A stretch of DNA of 64,000 nucleotides from an uncultured Candidatus Binatia bacterium (GCA_965200965.1 OZ241744.1:1984001-2048000); one strand, 5' to 3'; shown: positions 9,455 through 22,427, counted from the first letter of the stretch. Translations and numbers: made by a program. The notes: generated by a model from the sequence alone, not told the origin.

Positions 9455-10513
9455 ATGCCGCTCCCCATTCACCCCCGCCTGCTCGTCGCTCAAACCGGGT
9501 TTCTGGGTGACACGGTTCTGACCACGCCGCTGCTCAGTGCGCTGCGCCGCACCCTCGCCCCGGCGTCTGTGAGCGTCCTGACCACGCCGCAGGCCGCGCC
9601 GCTGTTGGCCCACCACCCGGATGTGGACGCGGTCGTGGTCGATGCCAAGCGGACGCGCGGACGCGGGTCTGGCGGGCTGCTCCATACTGCCCGGCGGATC
9701 AGACGGCGGGGCTTTGACTTGGCCGTCGCCCCCCATAAATCGCTGCGTACCGCCCTCGTCCTGGCCCTGGCCGGCATCCCCTGCCGGGTCGGTTTCCGGC
9801 AGAGTCCGGGCTGGTTTTTGTACCACCGGACCGCGGTCCGGGATAGCCGCGTCCACGAGGTCAAACGCATCTTGAGCCTGCTGCGTGTCTTTGGTCTGGA
9901 CCCTCGGCAGTATGCGAGCCGCCCGCGGGTGAGCTATGGCGAGGCCGCCCGGCAAAAGGCGCAGGCGCTGCTCAAACGCCATCGGCTTGACAGCCCGCAG
10001 CCGCTTTTTCTCGTCTGCCCCGGCTCGGTCTGGTTCACCAAACGGTGGACGGTTGAGGGCTATGCCGGCCTAGTCCAAGCCCTGGAGCGGGACTACGGCA
10101 GGGTGCTCATCTGCGGGGGGCCTGACGACCGGGCCGTCACCCAGGCTGTTCAGCGCCGGGCCGGCGGACGCGGGCTGGACCTAGCCGGACAGGCCGACCT
10201 GCAAACCTTTGTCGCGCTCCTTGACCGGGCCCGCGTCGTGGTCAGCAACGACAGCGCGCCCATGCACTTGGCGGTCGCGCGGGGCGTGCCGGTGGTCGCC
10301 ATTTTTTGCGCGACCACGCCGAGCCTGGGATACGGCCCCTACAGTCCGCCTTCGGTCATCGTTGAGCACCAAGCGCTGGCGTGTCGTCCGTGTGAGCGAC
10401 ACGGCGGACCGCGCTGTCCGCGCCAGACAGAAGCCTGTATGCGCCTAGTCAGCGTCCACGATGTCCTGGCCGGCGTCGATCGACTGCTGAGCGCCTCCCA
10501 TGCCACAGCCTGA
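9455..10513 (+). CDS. GT9 LPS heptosyltransferase (WaaF-like)
   Basis: FLGDTVL, PGS.W..KRW, NDSAPMHLA, C.PC..HG...C...C. Confidence 0.88.
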   Translation: MPLPIHPRLLVAQTGFLGDTVLTTPLLSALRRTLAPASVSVLTTPQAAPLLAHHPDVDAVVVDAKRTRGRGSGGLLHTARRIRRRGFDLAVAPHKSLRTALVLALAGIPCRVGFRQSPGWFLYHRTAVRDSRVHEVKRILSLLRVFGLDPRQYASRPRVSYGEAARQKAQALLKRHRLDSPQPLFLVCPGSVWFTKRWTVEGYAGLVQALERDYGRVLICGGPDDRAVTQAVQRRAGGRGLDLAGQADLQTFVALLDRARVVVSNDSAPMHLAVARGVPVVAIFCATTPSLGYGPYSPPSVIVEHQALACRPCERHGGPRCPRQTEACMRLVSVHDVLAGVDRLLSASHATA

Positions 10514-10769
10514 ACCATCGCTGAGCGAACGATTTGAGGCCCTGAATGAGGCGACCTCACGCCGGGCGGCCCAGCTTGCCGCGCAGGGCAAAACCGCCCA
10601 CCTGTGGGCCATCGTATGTACGCCGGGGCTGGTCTTTCTCCGATCCTATGTCTGGCGGGGCGGCTGGCGACACGGTATGGCGGGATTTGTCGAGGCGCTG
10701 TTTGCCGCCTATGAGGTGTTTGTGAGTCGGTTCAAGTTGTGGGAACTCCACCAAGCCCAGAAGCCCTAG
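10500..10769 (+). CDS. small protein resembling the C-terminal tail of WaaE/KdtX-type GT2 glycosyltransferases
   Basis: P..FLRSY..RGGW.HG.AGF......K.WEL pattern; overlaps both flanking ORFs in the operon. Confidence 0.6.
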   Translation: MPQPEPSLSERFEALNEATSRRAAQLAAQGKTAHLWAIVCTPGLVFLRSYVWRGGWRHGMAGFVEALFAAYEVFVSRFKLWELHQAQKP

Positions 10770-10795
10770 ACCGGCCGTCAGTGCGCGTTATCCCG

Positions 10796-11569
10796 ATGGT
10801 GTTTCGCCAGCTTCAGCCGCCGCGCGAGTTTGTCGCACAGCGCTCGGACCACCGGTTGTGCTGGCTGAAAGTCGGCTGGGAAGAGACGATCCGGACGGCG
10901 CTGGCCGGCCGGCCCGAAGCCGGTCCGGCCGCGGTGCAGGGCGGGCGGGGGCAGTTGCTCCGGGTGGCGCTTGGCGAGCGTGGCAGTCTGCTCATCCGCC
11001 ACTACCGCCGCGGCGGCTTCATCCGCCACTTGGTGCGCGATACCTATTGGGATCAGCCGCCGCGTCCCTTGGCCGAGTTATCCGTCACCCAGTTCGCCCG
11101 CCGGTGTGGGGTTCCGACCGGCGAGGTCCTTGGCGCGTGGGTCGGCTGGCGGTCTTTTGGCCTGTACCGCGGCGCGCTGATTTCCCGGGCCGCGGACGGC
11201 TACACCAACTGGTGGGCTTGGCTGACGACGCGGCCCAGCTTCCCCCAACGCCGGCGGGTTGTCCTGGCGGTCGCCGGCGCTCTTGCCCGCCTGCACGCGG
11301 TGGGCATACAGCACGCCGACCTCAACCTGACCAATGTCCTGGTCCGTGTTGAGACCGAGACGCCGGCGGTCTTGCTCATCGACTTTGATCGGGCGCACAT
11401 CTTCCCGGCACCACTCCCAGCCCGCCGTTGCCGGCACAACCTGCGCCGGCTGCGCCGTTCGATCAACAAGCTTGACCCCCACGGGCAGTATGTTTCAGCT
11501 CAGGAGTTCGGCCTGTTGCTGAGCGCCTACCACCGGCGGCGGGCAGGCTCGGACCGTCACGGCGGCTGA
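10796..11569 (+). CDS. Kdo kinase / LPS kinase (KdkA family)
   Basis: GGRG, RHYRRGG, HADLNLTNVL, LIDFDRA, NL.RL.RS..K. Confidence 0.88.
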   Translation: MVFRQLQPPREFVAQRSDHRLCWLKVGWEETIRTALAGRPEAGPAAVQGGRGQLLRVALGERGSLLIRHYRRGGFIRHLVRDTYWDQPPRPLAELSVTQFARRCGVPTGEVLGAWVGWRSFGLYRGALISRAADGYTNWWAWLTTRPSFPQRRRVVLAVAGALARLHAVGIQHADLNLTNVLVRVETETPAVLLIDFDRAHIFPAPLPARRCRHNLRRLRRSINKLDPHGQYVSAQEFGLLLSAYHRRRAGSDRHGG

Positions 11570-12386
11570 ACGCATTTGCCAGGGCGGCAAAGTCTTCCAG
11601 ACCGAGGGTTTCTCCACGACGCCGCAGGTCGAGCTTGAGCTGGGCCGCAACGCCCTCGGGCGCTGAAAACCCGGCTGCGCAAAGCGCATTGCGCAGCGTC
11701 TTGCGCCGCTGGGCAAAAGCGGCTTTGACCACGCGCCTGAACATGGCCGAGTCGTGGACCGCGGCCCGAGGCTGGGTGTGAAAGACCAGTTTGATGAGTT
11801 GAGAGTAGACTTTGGGGGCCGGGAAGAAGCTGCGGGGGCCGACCGTACAGACCAGCGTAACATCGGCGTACAACTGCATCAGCACCGACAGCGCCCCATA
11901 CGCCTTTGTGCCCGGTCCGGCACCGACCCGTTCGGCAACTTCTTTTTGAAGCATCACCGTCGCTTCGGGAAAGCGGGTACGATGTTCGAGCAGACGAAAG
12001 AGAATAGGGGTGGCCACCTGGTAGGGCAGGCTGGCCACAACCCGGATGGGAGCATGAGAAAAGGCGTGCGCCACATCGAGTTTCAAAAAGTCGTCCTCCA
12101 CAACCCGGACCGTATTACAGCCGGCAAAGCGCTGGGCCAAGTGCTGGGCCAAGACCCGGTCAACCTCAACCAGATAGAGATGGACGCCACTCTCCAGCAG
12201 CGCCTCGGAGACAGCGCCTAGTCCGGGTCCGATCTCCAGGACGGCGGTGTCTGGAGCCAACTCCGCGGCTTGGACCATGCGCCGCACAAGGTCGGCATCA
12301 ACAAGAAAATGCTGACCGAGCCGCCGGTGGGTGCGGACGTTCAACGCACGCAGGACAGAGCGCGTTTGCTGGAGCAGGCTGGACAT
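11463..12386 (-). CDS. rsmA: 16S rRNA m6,2A1518/1519 dimethyltransferase
   Basis: LGQHFL, LEIGPGLG, LPY, MLQKEVAER, F.QRRKTLRN. Confidence 0.95.
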   Translation of the reverse strand: MSSLLQQTRSVLRALNVRTHRRLGQHFLVDADLVRRMVQAAELAPDTAVLEIGPGLGAVSEALLESGVHLYLVEVDRVLAQHLAQRFAGCNTVRVVEDDFLKLDVAHAFSHAPIRVVASLPYQVATPILFRLLEHRTRFPEATVMLQKEVAERVGAGPGTKAYGALSVLMQLYADVTLVCTVGPRSFFPAPKVYSQLIKLVFHTQPRAAVHDSAMFRRVVKAAFAQRRKTLRNALCAAGFSAPEGVAAQLKLDLRRRGETLGLEDFAALANAFSRRDGPSLPAAGGRRSATGRTPELKHTARGGQAC

Positions 12387-12422
12387 AGGCGGAGAGGGGC
12401 CTGTCTTTCAGCGCCGAGCGGC

Positions 12423-13433
12423 CTACAGGCGGAGGGTGGCCGCGGCGTTCAGATTGAGGCCGGCGCGCTGTCCGTCGGCCAGACGCCACGCCCCGGCAAA
12501 GGCGATCATTACCGCGTTATCTGTACACAGCGGAAGCGACGGGACCACGACCTCGAGGCCACGCCGTTCACCTTCGTCCCTCATCCGTTGCCGCAGGCGG
12601 GAGTTGGCCGACACCCCGCCCGAGACCACGACCTGCTTGAGGCCGAGGTCTCGGGCCGCGCGTAGGGTCGGCTCCAGTAACATATCGACCACGGCTTCCT
12701 GATAGCTGGCGGCAATATCGGCCTCGGCCAAGGTTTTGGGCCGGGGGGTCTGAAGAAACTGGCGCAGGGCGGTCTTCAGGCCGCTGAAACTGAAATCGTA
12801 CTTGCCCTCTTTCAGGTGGGCGCGGGGAAAGGCAAAAGCCGCGGGATCGCCGCGCTGCGCCAGCCGGTCAATAATGCGTCCGCCGGGATAGCCGAAGCCC
12901 AGCATCTTGGCGGCTTTATCGAGGGCCTCGCCGGCAGCGTCATCGCGGGTTGCGCCGAGCCGGTCGTAGGCTCCGGGGGCCCGCGCGTTGTACAGACAAG
13001 TATGGCCGCCGGAGGCCAGCAGACACACAAAGGGGAAAGCCAGATTGTGCTCAAGCAGAACGGCCAGCAGATGCCCCTCCAGGTGGTTGACCCCGACGAA
13101 CGGCAGCGCGTGGGCAAAGGCCAAGGCTTTGGCAAACGACAGGCCGACCAGAAGAGAGCCGATCAGGCCCGGTCCACAGGTGACGGCGATCCCGTCGAGA
13201 TCCTCTATGCTCACCTCGGCCTGCCGAAGGGCGGAGTCCACAACCGGGACGATATTGGCGGTGTGGTGGCGCGAGGCGAGTTCTGGCACAATGCCCCCAT
13301 ACCGGCTGTGGACGGCGTCTTGGGAGGACACCACGCTGGCCAGGACATGCCGGTGTCCCTGCACAACCGCGGCCGCGGTGTCATCGCAGGAGGTCTCTAT
13401 GCCCAGTACCGTCAGTGGGGGTGTGGAGAACAT
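12423..13433 (-). CDS. tsaD: tRNA N6-adenosine threonylcarbamoyltransferase
   Basis: LGIETSCDDT, GGIVPELASR, NHLEGH, SGGHT, DDAAGE, FSFSGLKT, CTDNA. Confidence 0.96.
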   Translation of the reverse strand: MFSTPPLTVLGIETSCDDTAAAVVQGHRHVLASVVSSQDAVHSRYGGIVPELASRHHTANIVPVVDSALRQAEVSIEDLDGIAVTCGPGLIGSLLVGLSFAKALAFAHALPFVGVNHLEGHLLAVLLEHNLAFPFVCLLASGGHTCLYNARAPGAYDRLGATRDDAAGEALDKAAKMLGFGYPGGRIIDRLAQRGDPAAFAFPRAHLKEGKYDFSFSGLKTALRQFLQTPRPKTLAEADIAASYQEAVVDMLLEPTLRAARDLGLKQVVVSGGVSANSRLRQRMRDEGERRGLEVVVPSLPLCTDNAVMIAFAGAWRLADGQRAGLNLNAAATLRL

Positions 13434-14208
13434 CTGGTTGGGGAGGGCCGGGCGCAAACACCGGCTCGGGTTGGGGCAAACGGGCCAGGGCCGTTACGGC
13501 CTGGAGATTACCCGGGGTAAAACGGAGACAGCGTTGGTAGGCCGAGCGGGCTTCCTGAATATCCCCGAGGTCCTCAGCCACCTGTCCGCGTAAACAGGTG
13601 GTTTCGCCGATCCAGTCGGGACGCGTCCGGGGGAGCAGCAACTCGGCTTTTTGCAAAAACGCCAGGGCTTGCCGCAACTTGCCCTGGGATAGAGAGAGAC
13701 GACCGAGAAAATGGTAACTGTAGGGCTGAAAGGGGGCGAGGTCAACCGCCCGTTCAAACAGGACCTGGGCCCGCTCAGGCTCTCCCGCTCTGAGGCTGTC
13801 CTCTCCCTCTTTGACAAAACGCAGGGCGGCGCGGTCGCTCGGCGACAGGCCGACGGCCGCGTTGTGTCCCGGTGTGGGGTCCGGTGTCTCGCCCGAGGGG
13901 GACATGTCCCCCTCGGGCTGCGGCAGCGGAGGGGTGTCCCATCTGGGTGGCGGAAGAGGCCGGCCGGGTTGCCAGCCGCCGCCGGGCGGGCGCTCAACAG
14001 GCTGAGCGGCCGGACCGGAAGGGGAGTAGTTCAGGCCGGCGGGGAGGTCTTCCTCGCGGAGCGCTTCGCGCAGCCGGAAGTCGGCCGGCTCGGCCCGGGC
14101 GTGGCGCTTGGCTCCAGAGCACCACACCACACACAGCAGCGCCCACGCGGCCAGATGACGGAAGCCTTGCCAGGGGACATGTTTGGCGCACTTCTTCACG
14201 GTATACAC
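13381..14208 (-). CDS. tetratricopeptide-repeat protein with signal peptide and Pro-rich linker
   Basis: Hydrophobic N-terminus, then TPR-like helices (FERAVDLAP...YHFLGRL; ARSAYQRCLRFTP.N). Confidence 0.7.
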   Translation of the reverse strand: MYTVKKCAKHVPWQGFRHLAAWALLCVVWCSGAKRHARAEPADFRLREALREEDLPAGLNYSPSGPAAQPVERPPGGGWQPGRPLPPPRWDTPPLPQPEGDMSPSGETPDPTPGHNAAVGLSPSDRAALRFVKEGEDSLRAGEPERAQVLFERAVDLAPFQPYSYHFLGRLSLSQGKLRQALAFLQKAELLLPRTRPDWIGETTCLRGQVAEDLGDIQEARSAYQRCLRFTPGNLQAVTALARLPQPEPVFAPGPPQPDVLHTPTDGTGHRDLLR

Positions 14209-14216
14209 GACGGGGG

Positions 14217-16544
14217 CTAGGGGGCGTGTCCGTTTGCCCAGCCCGGCCCGACCAAGTCTTCAGCCGGAGGCGGGGGGAGAGTTGTACGGTCAGGCTGCTG
14301 CGATCGGACCGGCAGGGGCATAGCCGGCTGATGCGCTTCTGCATAGGCGGCATCCGGACCAAAGTTGACGAGAGCGGACGGGTCTTGCGGGGGCTGGACA
14401 AAAGGGAGGGCTGGGCGGTCTTCGAGGGCCCGCTTCATAAAGTCTACCCAGATCGGCAGCGCCGCCTGGCTGCCGGTCAGCTTCAGCGATTGACGGCTGT
14501 CAAAGCCGACCCAGACAACCGTCAGCAGCTCGGGCGTATAGCCCATAAACCAGGCATCACCAAAGTCGTTTGTGGTGCCGGTTTTTCCTGCCGCCGGCCG
14601 GGTAAAGCCGTTGAGCCGCGCCCGCCGGGCGGTGCCGCTGTTCATCACGCTCTCAAGCATGGTGGTGATGGTGTAGGCGTCCCGGGAGGAAATCGCCGGG
14701 CTCAAGACCAGACTCGCGCGCCGCACGGTCTGCCCGTCACGGTTGACAATACCGCTGATGGCGCGGGGCACAACCCGAACCCCGTTGTTGGCCAGCGTCC
14801 CAAAGGCAACCGCCAATTCCAAAGAACTCACCTCCGCCGCTCCCAGAGAGAGAGAGGGGTAGAGGGGCAGCGGGCTGTGAAAGCCGAGGGTCCAGGCCGT
14901 CTCTCGGATCGGCTCCAGCCCGACGCCTTGGGCCAGACGGGCCGTGGCCGCGTTGAGCGACAGGGCCAGGGCGCTGCGCAGGCTCACCTCTCCACGGTAA
15001 CGCTTGGTGTAGTTTTCGGGCTGCCATTCCTGCGTACCAAACTCCCACAGAAAGGGCTCGTCCTCAATCAAGGTGTCCGGCTCGTAGCGGTGTTGGCCCT
15101 TGCCGATCAGCGCGGCCAGATAGACCACCGGCTTGAAGACCGAGCCGGGCTGTCGCCGGGCTTGGGTGACGCGGTTGAACTGCGAGAGCCGGTAATCGCG
15201 TCCGCCAACCATAGCCCTGATCCGCCCGGTCTGGGGCTGGAGCGCAACTAGGCAGGCTTGCAGGCGCTCGCTGGGGTTGTCTCGCCGCAGGTAAGCGTGG
15301 CGCGCCTCAAGATGGCTGAGGCCGTTGCGGACCGCCTCCTGGGCGATGCGTTGCAGACGCAGATCAAGTGAGGTGAAGATGTGCAGCCCTGCGGTTGTCA
15401 GGGTTTCGTTCGGATACTCGTCTTCAAGTTCCTTGCGGATCACGTCAACAAAATAGGGTGCCTGCGTATTGCGATCAGGAGCAGCTTGGTGCGGCGCGAT
15501 TGCGGCCTGTTGGGCGGCCCGATAGTCTTCCTCGGAGATTTCGGACGGGTACAGTTCGCGCATGCGGCGCAGGACATAGTTGCGACGCTGGAGCGCGTCG
15601 TTGTGGTGACGCTTGGGGTCATAGCGGTTGGGCGCTTTGATGATGCCGGCCAGGAGAGCCATTTCGCTCAGGCTCAGGTCGCGCGGTTCTTTGCCAAAAT
15701 AGACCCGAGCCGCCTCCCAGACGCCAAAAATGCCCTTTGGCCCGCGTTGTCCGAGATAAATCTCGTTGAGGTAATCCTCAAGAATTTCCAGTTTGGAATA
15801 GTGATGCTCAACGATCAGGGCCATGCAGATCTCGAGCAGTTTGCGCCCCAGGGTGCGTTCGGGGGAGAGAAAGAAATTCTTGACGAGTTGTTGGGTGAGT
15901 GTACTGCCACCCTGCACCACCTCGCCCCGCGCCATGTTGGCCCGAAACGCTCCCAGAATGCGCCACAGGTCAATGCCGCGGTGTTCAAAAAAACGCTGAT
16001 CTTCGGCGGCTAACAGGGCTTTGACCAACAGGGAAGGCAGGTCGTAGAGTTTGATGAGCCGGCGGTCTTCCCACACCTTGCCGTACAGTCGTGTGATGAC
16101 CTCGGGATCAAGCTCAACCGTGCCGAGTTCGGCCTCGTCGCGCTCAAGATCGACGATGCGCTCGATCTTGTCGTCTCGCAGCGCGATGCGGATGCGTTGG
16201 GCGGTATTGCGCCGCAATACCGATGGAAACTCACGCAGGAAGAGTTGGAGGTGGCCCTGCTGGGTGTTGTACGCGTATTCTCCACGGACACGAACCGCTC
16301 CAGAAACGGCGTGGTAGTTGAGCCGCTCGAGGTGATCGACGAGCGTATCGGCGGGGAGTTGCTGGCCGGGATACAGCAGGAACGGCTCGGCGTAGACCTT
16401 GGATGCGAGTTGCCAGCTGTGACCGGCAAACCGCGACACCACCTCCCGCTCGAGTTGACGATAAAACCGCCACCCCGACACGCCCGCCGCTCCGAGCAGC
16501 ACCAGGAAACTGATGATGACAATGCTCCACACTACCCGTTGCAT
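14217..16544 (-). CDS. mrcB: class A penicillin-binding protein (PBP1B-like, with UB2H region)
   Basis: TM anchor; transglycosylase motifs EDQRF.EH.G and GGSTLTQQLVKN; transpeptidase motifs S-V-F-K, SLN and KTGT. Confidence 0.88.
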   Translation of the reverse strand: MQRVVWSIVIISFLVLLGAAGVSGWRFYRQLEREVVSRFAGHSWQLASKVYAEPFLLYPGQQLPADTLVDHLERLNYHAVSGAVRVRGEYAYNTQQGHLQLFLREFPSVLRRNTAQRIRIALRDDKIERIVDLERDEAELGTVELDPEVITRLYGKVWEDRRLIKLYDLPSLLVKALLAAEDQRFFEHRGIDLWRILGAFRANMARGEVVQGGSTLTQQLVKNFFLSPERTLGRKLLEICMALIVEHHYSKLEILEDYLNEIYLGQRGPKGIFGVWEAARVYFGKEPRDLSLSEMALLAGIIKAPNRYDPKRHHNDALQRRNYVLRRMRELYPSEISEEDYRAAQQAAIAPHQAAPDRNTQAPYFVDVIRKELEDEYPNETLTTAGLHIFTSLDLRLQRIAQEAVRNGLSHLEARHAYLRRDNPSERLQACLVALQPQTGRIRAMVGGRDYRLSQFNRVTQARRQPGSVFKPVVYLAALIGKGQHRYEPDTLIEDEPFLWEFGTQEWQPENYTKRYRGEVSLRSALALSLNAATARLAQGVGLEPIRETAWTLGFHSPLPLYPSLSLGAAEVSSLELAVAFGTLANNGVRVVPRAISGIVNRDGQTVRRASLVLSPAISSRDAYTITTMLESVMNSGTARRARLNGFTRPAAGKTGTTNDFGDAWFMGYTPELLTVVWVGFDSRQSLKLTGSQAALPIWVDFMKRALEDRPALPFVQPPQDPSALVNFGPDAAYAEAHQPAMPLPVRSQQPDRTTLPPPPAEDLVGPGWANGHAP

Positions 16545-16620
16545 ATGCGTCTTCCCTGGCTTGCCACCCCACCCTGCCTCGTCATCCCGGGCTTGTCCAA
16601 GCTTGGGCCGCCGTGACCAT

Positions 16621-17058
16621 CTATGTGCGGCGTTTATTTGCCAGCGCAACATAGCGCATGCGCAGATCAAAAAGGACTGTATCCAGCATTTCGCTTTCGC
16701 CACGATCAAGATTGCCGGCGGTTTTGTGCTGTAACATCGCGATGATATCAATCATCTCCCGAGCGGCAGGCAGATTGGTCGTCGCGGTTTGCTCCGGGCT
16801 GACAATCTCTCCCATGTACATGAGTGCTTGGGTGCTCAAACCGAGAATAAAGCTTGAGAAAGACAACTGTGAAGGGGGCTGCGCCTGGTCCTGGGACGCA
16901 TCTGAATCCGGCCTGTCTTGGCGGTCTACCTGGGTGCTTTGCCAGGATTCTTTTTCTTCGGCCTCAGGCTCGGAAACGCGAGGCTCCCCGGTATCGGGCG
17001 AAAACCGCCGCCGATCCTGAACGCGAAAGCCACGTCCACCGTCTTGTTCTTCCGCCAC
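16621..17058 (-). CDS. DUF1844 domain protein
   Basis: F.V.DRR N-terminus, A...IDI..ML..KT.GNL...E..L....L..LRM.YV; GGAGG RBS upstream. Confidence 0.85.
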   Translation of the reverse strand: MAEEQDGGRGFRVQDRRRFSPDTGEPRVSEPEAEEKESWQSTQVDRQDRPDSDASQDQAQPPSQLSFSSFILGLSTQALMYMGEIVSPEQTATTNLPAAREMIDIIAMLQHKTAGNLDRGESEMLDTVLFDLRMRYVALANKRRT

Positions 17059-17142
17059 GACTCAGTCCTCCCTCATCACACTCAGCGCGATGCCCATATA
17101 TTGCGCCTTCCTCTCTTCTTTGACAAGCCGACACAGCGCAGC

Positions 17143-18102
17143 TTACACAGCCCTCCGCAGAGCCGCAATGACTCGTTCTACAGGCACTTCTGAGAGCGAA
17201 ATCCCTTCGGTATCAGGAGAGGTCTGTCGATATGGACGATTGTGAATGACAGACAGGCTTCCGCCAAGGGGTTTCCACTGTCCGGGCCAAGTTGGTCCAA
17301 AAATGACACTACCGCGCGCGCCAAGGCTTCCGGCCAGATGGCTCACCCCCGAGTCATTGCCAAGATACAGGCTGGCGCGTCCGAGGAGAGCGGCCACGGA
17401 CCAGACCGGATATCCGTGTACGACATGGCCAACGGTCTGCCAATGCTGACATTCGGTTTCTTCAGCCGGCCCTAGCAGGACAATGACTTCACGGGCTTGG
17501 CGGCTGCGCGTCCACCACTGGGCAACGGCCGAAAAGCCGGCCGAGTCCCAACGCTTTCTCCTGCCACCACTGCCGGGATGCATAAGAAGGACTTGGGTAC
17601 GGGACGACCAGCCCATTGTCCGCCAATACCCCTCTCCTGCCGTCCTGTCTCGTAGTCCAAGGGGCAGTGAGGGGCAGCGGACTTCGGGGATGCCAACACA
17701 GGCGAGATAATACCGGCTGGCGTGGCTCGGCTCCTGACCGACGAAGAACGGAAAAGAGTAGACGTCCCGGCTATGCCTTTTCAGGTTCGCCTGCACCTGC
17801 CCGTGGCTATGCCCAAACCAGGAGAAGACCGAGCGAAAAGAGGAAAAAAAGCGGCCCGCCTGCCGGTGGTCTCCGGAGGACGAAGAAAAAAGACTGGCAA
17901 ACACCCCTCGGTCCAGCAGATAGACCGCCCGGAGGCCGACTAAGGATGTGGCGAGTTCAAATGCCGAGCCACGAGCGGCAAGGGCGACCCCCCGTCTACT
18001 CTCGGCTCGAGACAGGAGGCCGTGCTGTAAGGCGGGAAGAAAACACAGAAAATCTCCAAGGCTACCGGGAAATAAGACCAGGCTCTGAGCGAATATTTTC
18101 AT
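17143..18102 (-). CDS. glycosyltransferase family 9
   Basis: PGSLGDF, HPGSGG..KRW, GNDSGVSHLA, FGPT.P..W.P. Confidence 0.85.
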   Translation of the reverse strand: MKIFAQSLVLFPGSLGDFLCFLPALQHGLLSRAESRRGVALAARGSAFELATSLVGLRAVYLLDRGVFASLFSSSSGDHRQAGRFFSSFRSVFSWFGHSHGQVQANLKRHSRDVYSFPFFVGQEPSHASRYYLACVGIPEVRCPSLPLGLRDRTAGEGYWRTMGWSSRTQVLLMHPGSGGRRKRWDSAGFSAVAQWWTRSRQAREVIVLLGPAEETECQHWQTVGHVVHGYPVWSVAALLGRASLYLGNDSGVSHLAGSLGARGSVIFGPTWPGQWKPLGGSLSVIHNRPYRQTSPDTEGISLSEVPVERVIAALRRAV

Positions 18103-18186
18103 TGACTTTCGGAGTGAATGTCGGTAGGGTGAGGTATCATCTCTGTAATTTGGTCGCCCTTGACAGGCGTATCTCCAGGAGTACGG

Positions 18187-19023
18187 ATGACGAATTGTCT
18201 TGCATACAAACTTGACCACCTGAAGCGTCTCCTGCACGAGATGGGGCCGACGCTCATCGCCTTTTCTGGAGGAGTTGACTCAAGTTTCCTGCTGGCTGTT
18301 GCCGCAGTCGTTTTAGGAGACGAGGTCACGGCGCTCATGACGATATCACCCTCAACCCCTCCTGAAGATGCCCGTCAAGCGACAGCCATCGCGGCGTCTC
18401 TTCAAATCCGCTTGGTCACGGTTCCCCATAATGAACTGGCCATCCCTGCGTATGCAGCAAACCCGACCAACCGCTGTTACTTCTGTAAACATTCTCTGTA
18501 TGAAATCTGTCGAGATCATGTCAAACGGCTGTCTCTTGCCTCGGTTGCCGATGGGATCAATACAGACGACCTCGCAGATTATCGGCCAGGTCTCCAGGCG
18601 GCAACCGAGTACGGGGTTCGACACCCCTTGGTTGAGGCAGGGTTCGATAAGGAGGCCATTCGTCAGGGCAGCAAACACTTGGGATTGCCAACCTGGAAAA
18701 AACCGGCCTCTCCGTGTCTGTCATCGCGGGTGCCGTACGGCACCCCGATTACGGCCAGCATGCTGTCTCAGATTGCGCGAGGAGAGGCGTTCCTGCGTTC
18801 CTTAGGACTCCAGGAATGCCGGGTTCGCCACCACGGACACAGCGCCCGGGTTGAGATTCACCCCAAGGAGTTTCCAAAAATTGTATCCACAGCCATGCTT
18901 CTGCAGATGAGGAATCAACTCAAAGGCTTAGGGTTTTCCGCCGCTCTTTTAGACCTGGAGGGATATAGGAGTGGAGTGTTCAATATCGCTGTACACGAGG
19001 CAGGCAGCGATCAGACAGCATAG
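18187..19023 (+). CDS. larE: ATP-dependent sacrificial sulfur transferase LarE (PP-loop)
   Basis: AFSGGVDS, NRCYFCK, DYRPG, KPASPCLSSRVPYG, RVRHHG. Confidence 0.9.
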   Translation: MTNCLAYKLDHLKRLLHEMGPTLIAFSGGVDSSFLLAVAAVVLGDEVTALMTISPSTPPEDARQATAIAASLQIRLVTVPHNELAIPAYAANPTNRCYFCKHSLYEICRDHVKRLSLASVADGINTDDLADYRPGLQAATEYGVRHPLVEAGFDKEAIRQGSKHLGLPTWKKPASPCLSSRVPYGTPITASMLSQIARGEAFLRSLGLQECRVRHHGHSARVEIHPKEFPKIVSTAMLLQMRNQLKGLGFSAALLDLEGYRSGVFNIAVHEAGSDQTA

Positions 19024-19119
19024 TGTTCTCATATTTTCCCAGCCTCTTACCTGTGAAACAATCCAACACCAGGGGCAGGGTGGAGAGGGTGAGGTTCTTC
19101 GATATGGAAAGGAGTAGAG

Positions 19120-19311
19120 ATGGATTTTCCTAGTTTTCCAAAATGCCAAAAGTGCGGAGGGGGGGACTTGATCCCCTTATCGGACTATGGGCAAGAAGGA
19201 GCTTCGGTTCTCTTTAAGGCCTGGGTCTGTACGAACCCGGTTTGCGGGTTTTCCCTGCGTGTTGATAAGGGAGAGGTAACCTACGGCAAAAAAATAGAAT
19301 CCAAGCACTAA
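19120..19311 (+). CDS. small Zn-ribbon-like protein (63 aa)
   Basis: CxxC...WVCxNPxC with a strong AAGGAG RBS. Confidence 0.8.
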   Translation: MDFPSFPKCQKCGGGDLIPLSDYGQEGASVLFKAWVCTNPVCGFSLRVDKGEVTYGKKIESKH

Positions 19312-19342
19312 TCGCTTGACACATCGGACTGGAGAACAGTCG

Positions 19343-19385
19343 CGCAGAAAACCACGCGCTCTTTTTGGAGGCGTGGTTTTCTGCG
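19343..19385. terminator. 15-bp perfect inverted repeat; probable terminator between convergent rrn and the small gene
   Basis: CGCAGAAAACCACGC (19343-19357) / GCGTGGTTTTCTGCG (19371-19385). Confidence 0.7.
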
Positions 19386-19442
19386 GGTTTGAGAAGAAGA
19401 GCGCAGATATATGCAAGTGGCAACTCTACACGGCAAATTGAG

Positions 19443-22427
<2,985 letters not shown>

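Noticed and set aside
11463-11569. 107-bp convergent overlap of rsmA and the Kdo kinase gene
   Set aside because: Most simply a non-conserved C-terminal extension after stop-codon drift.
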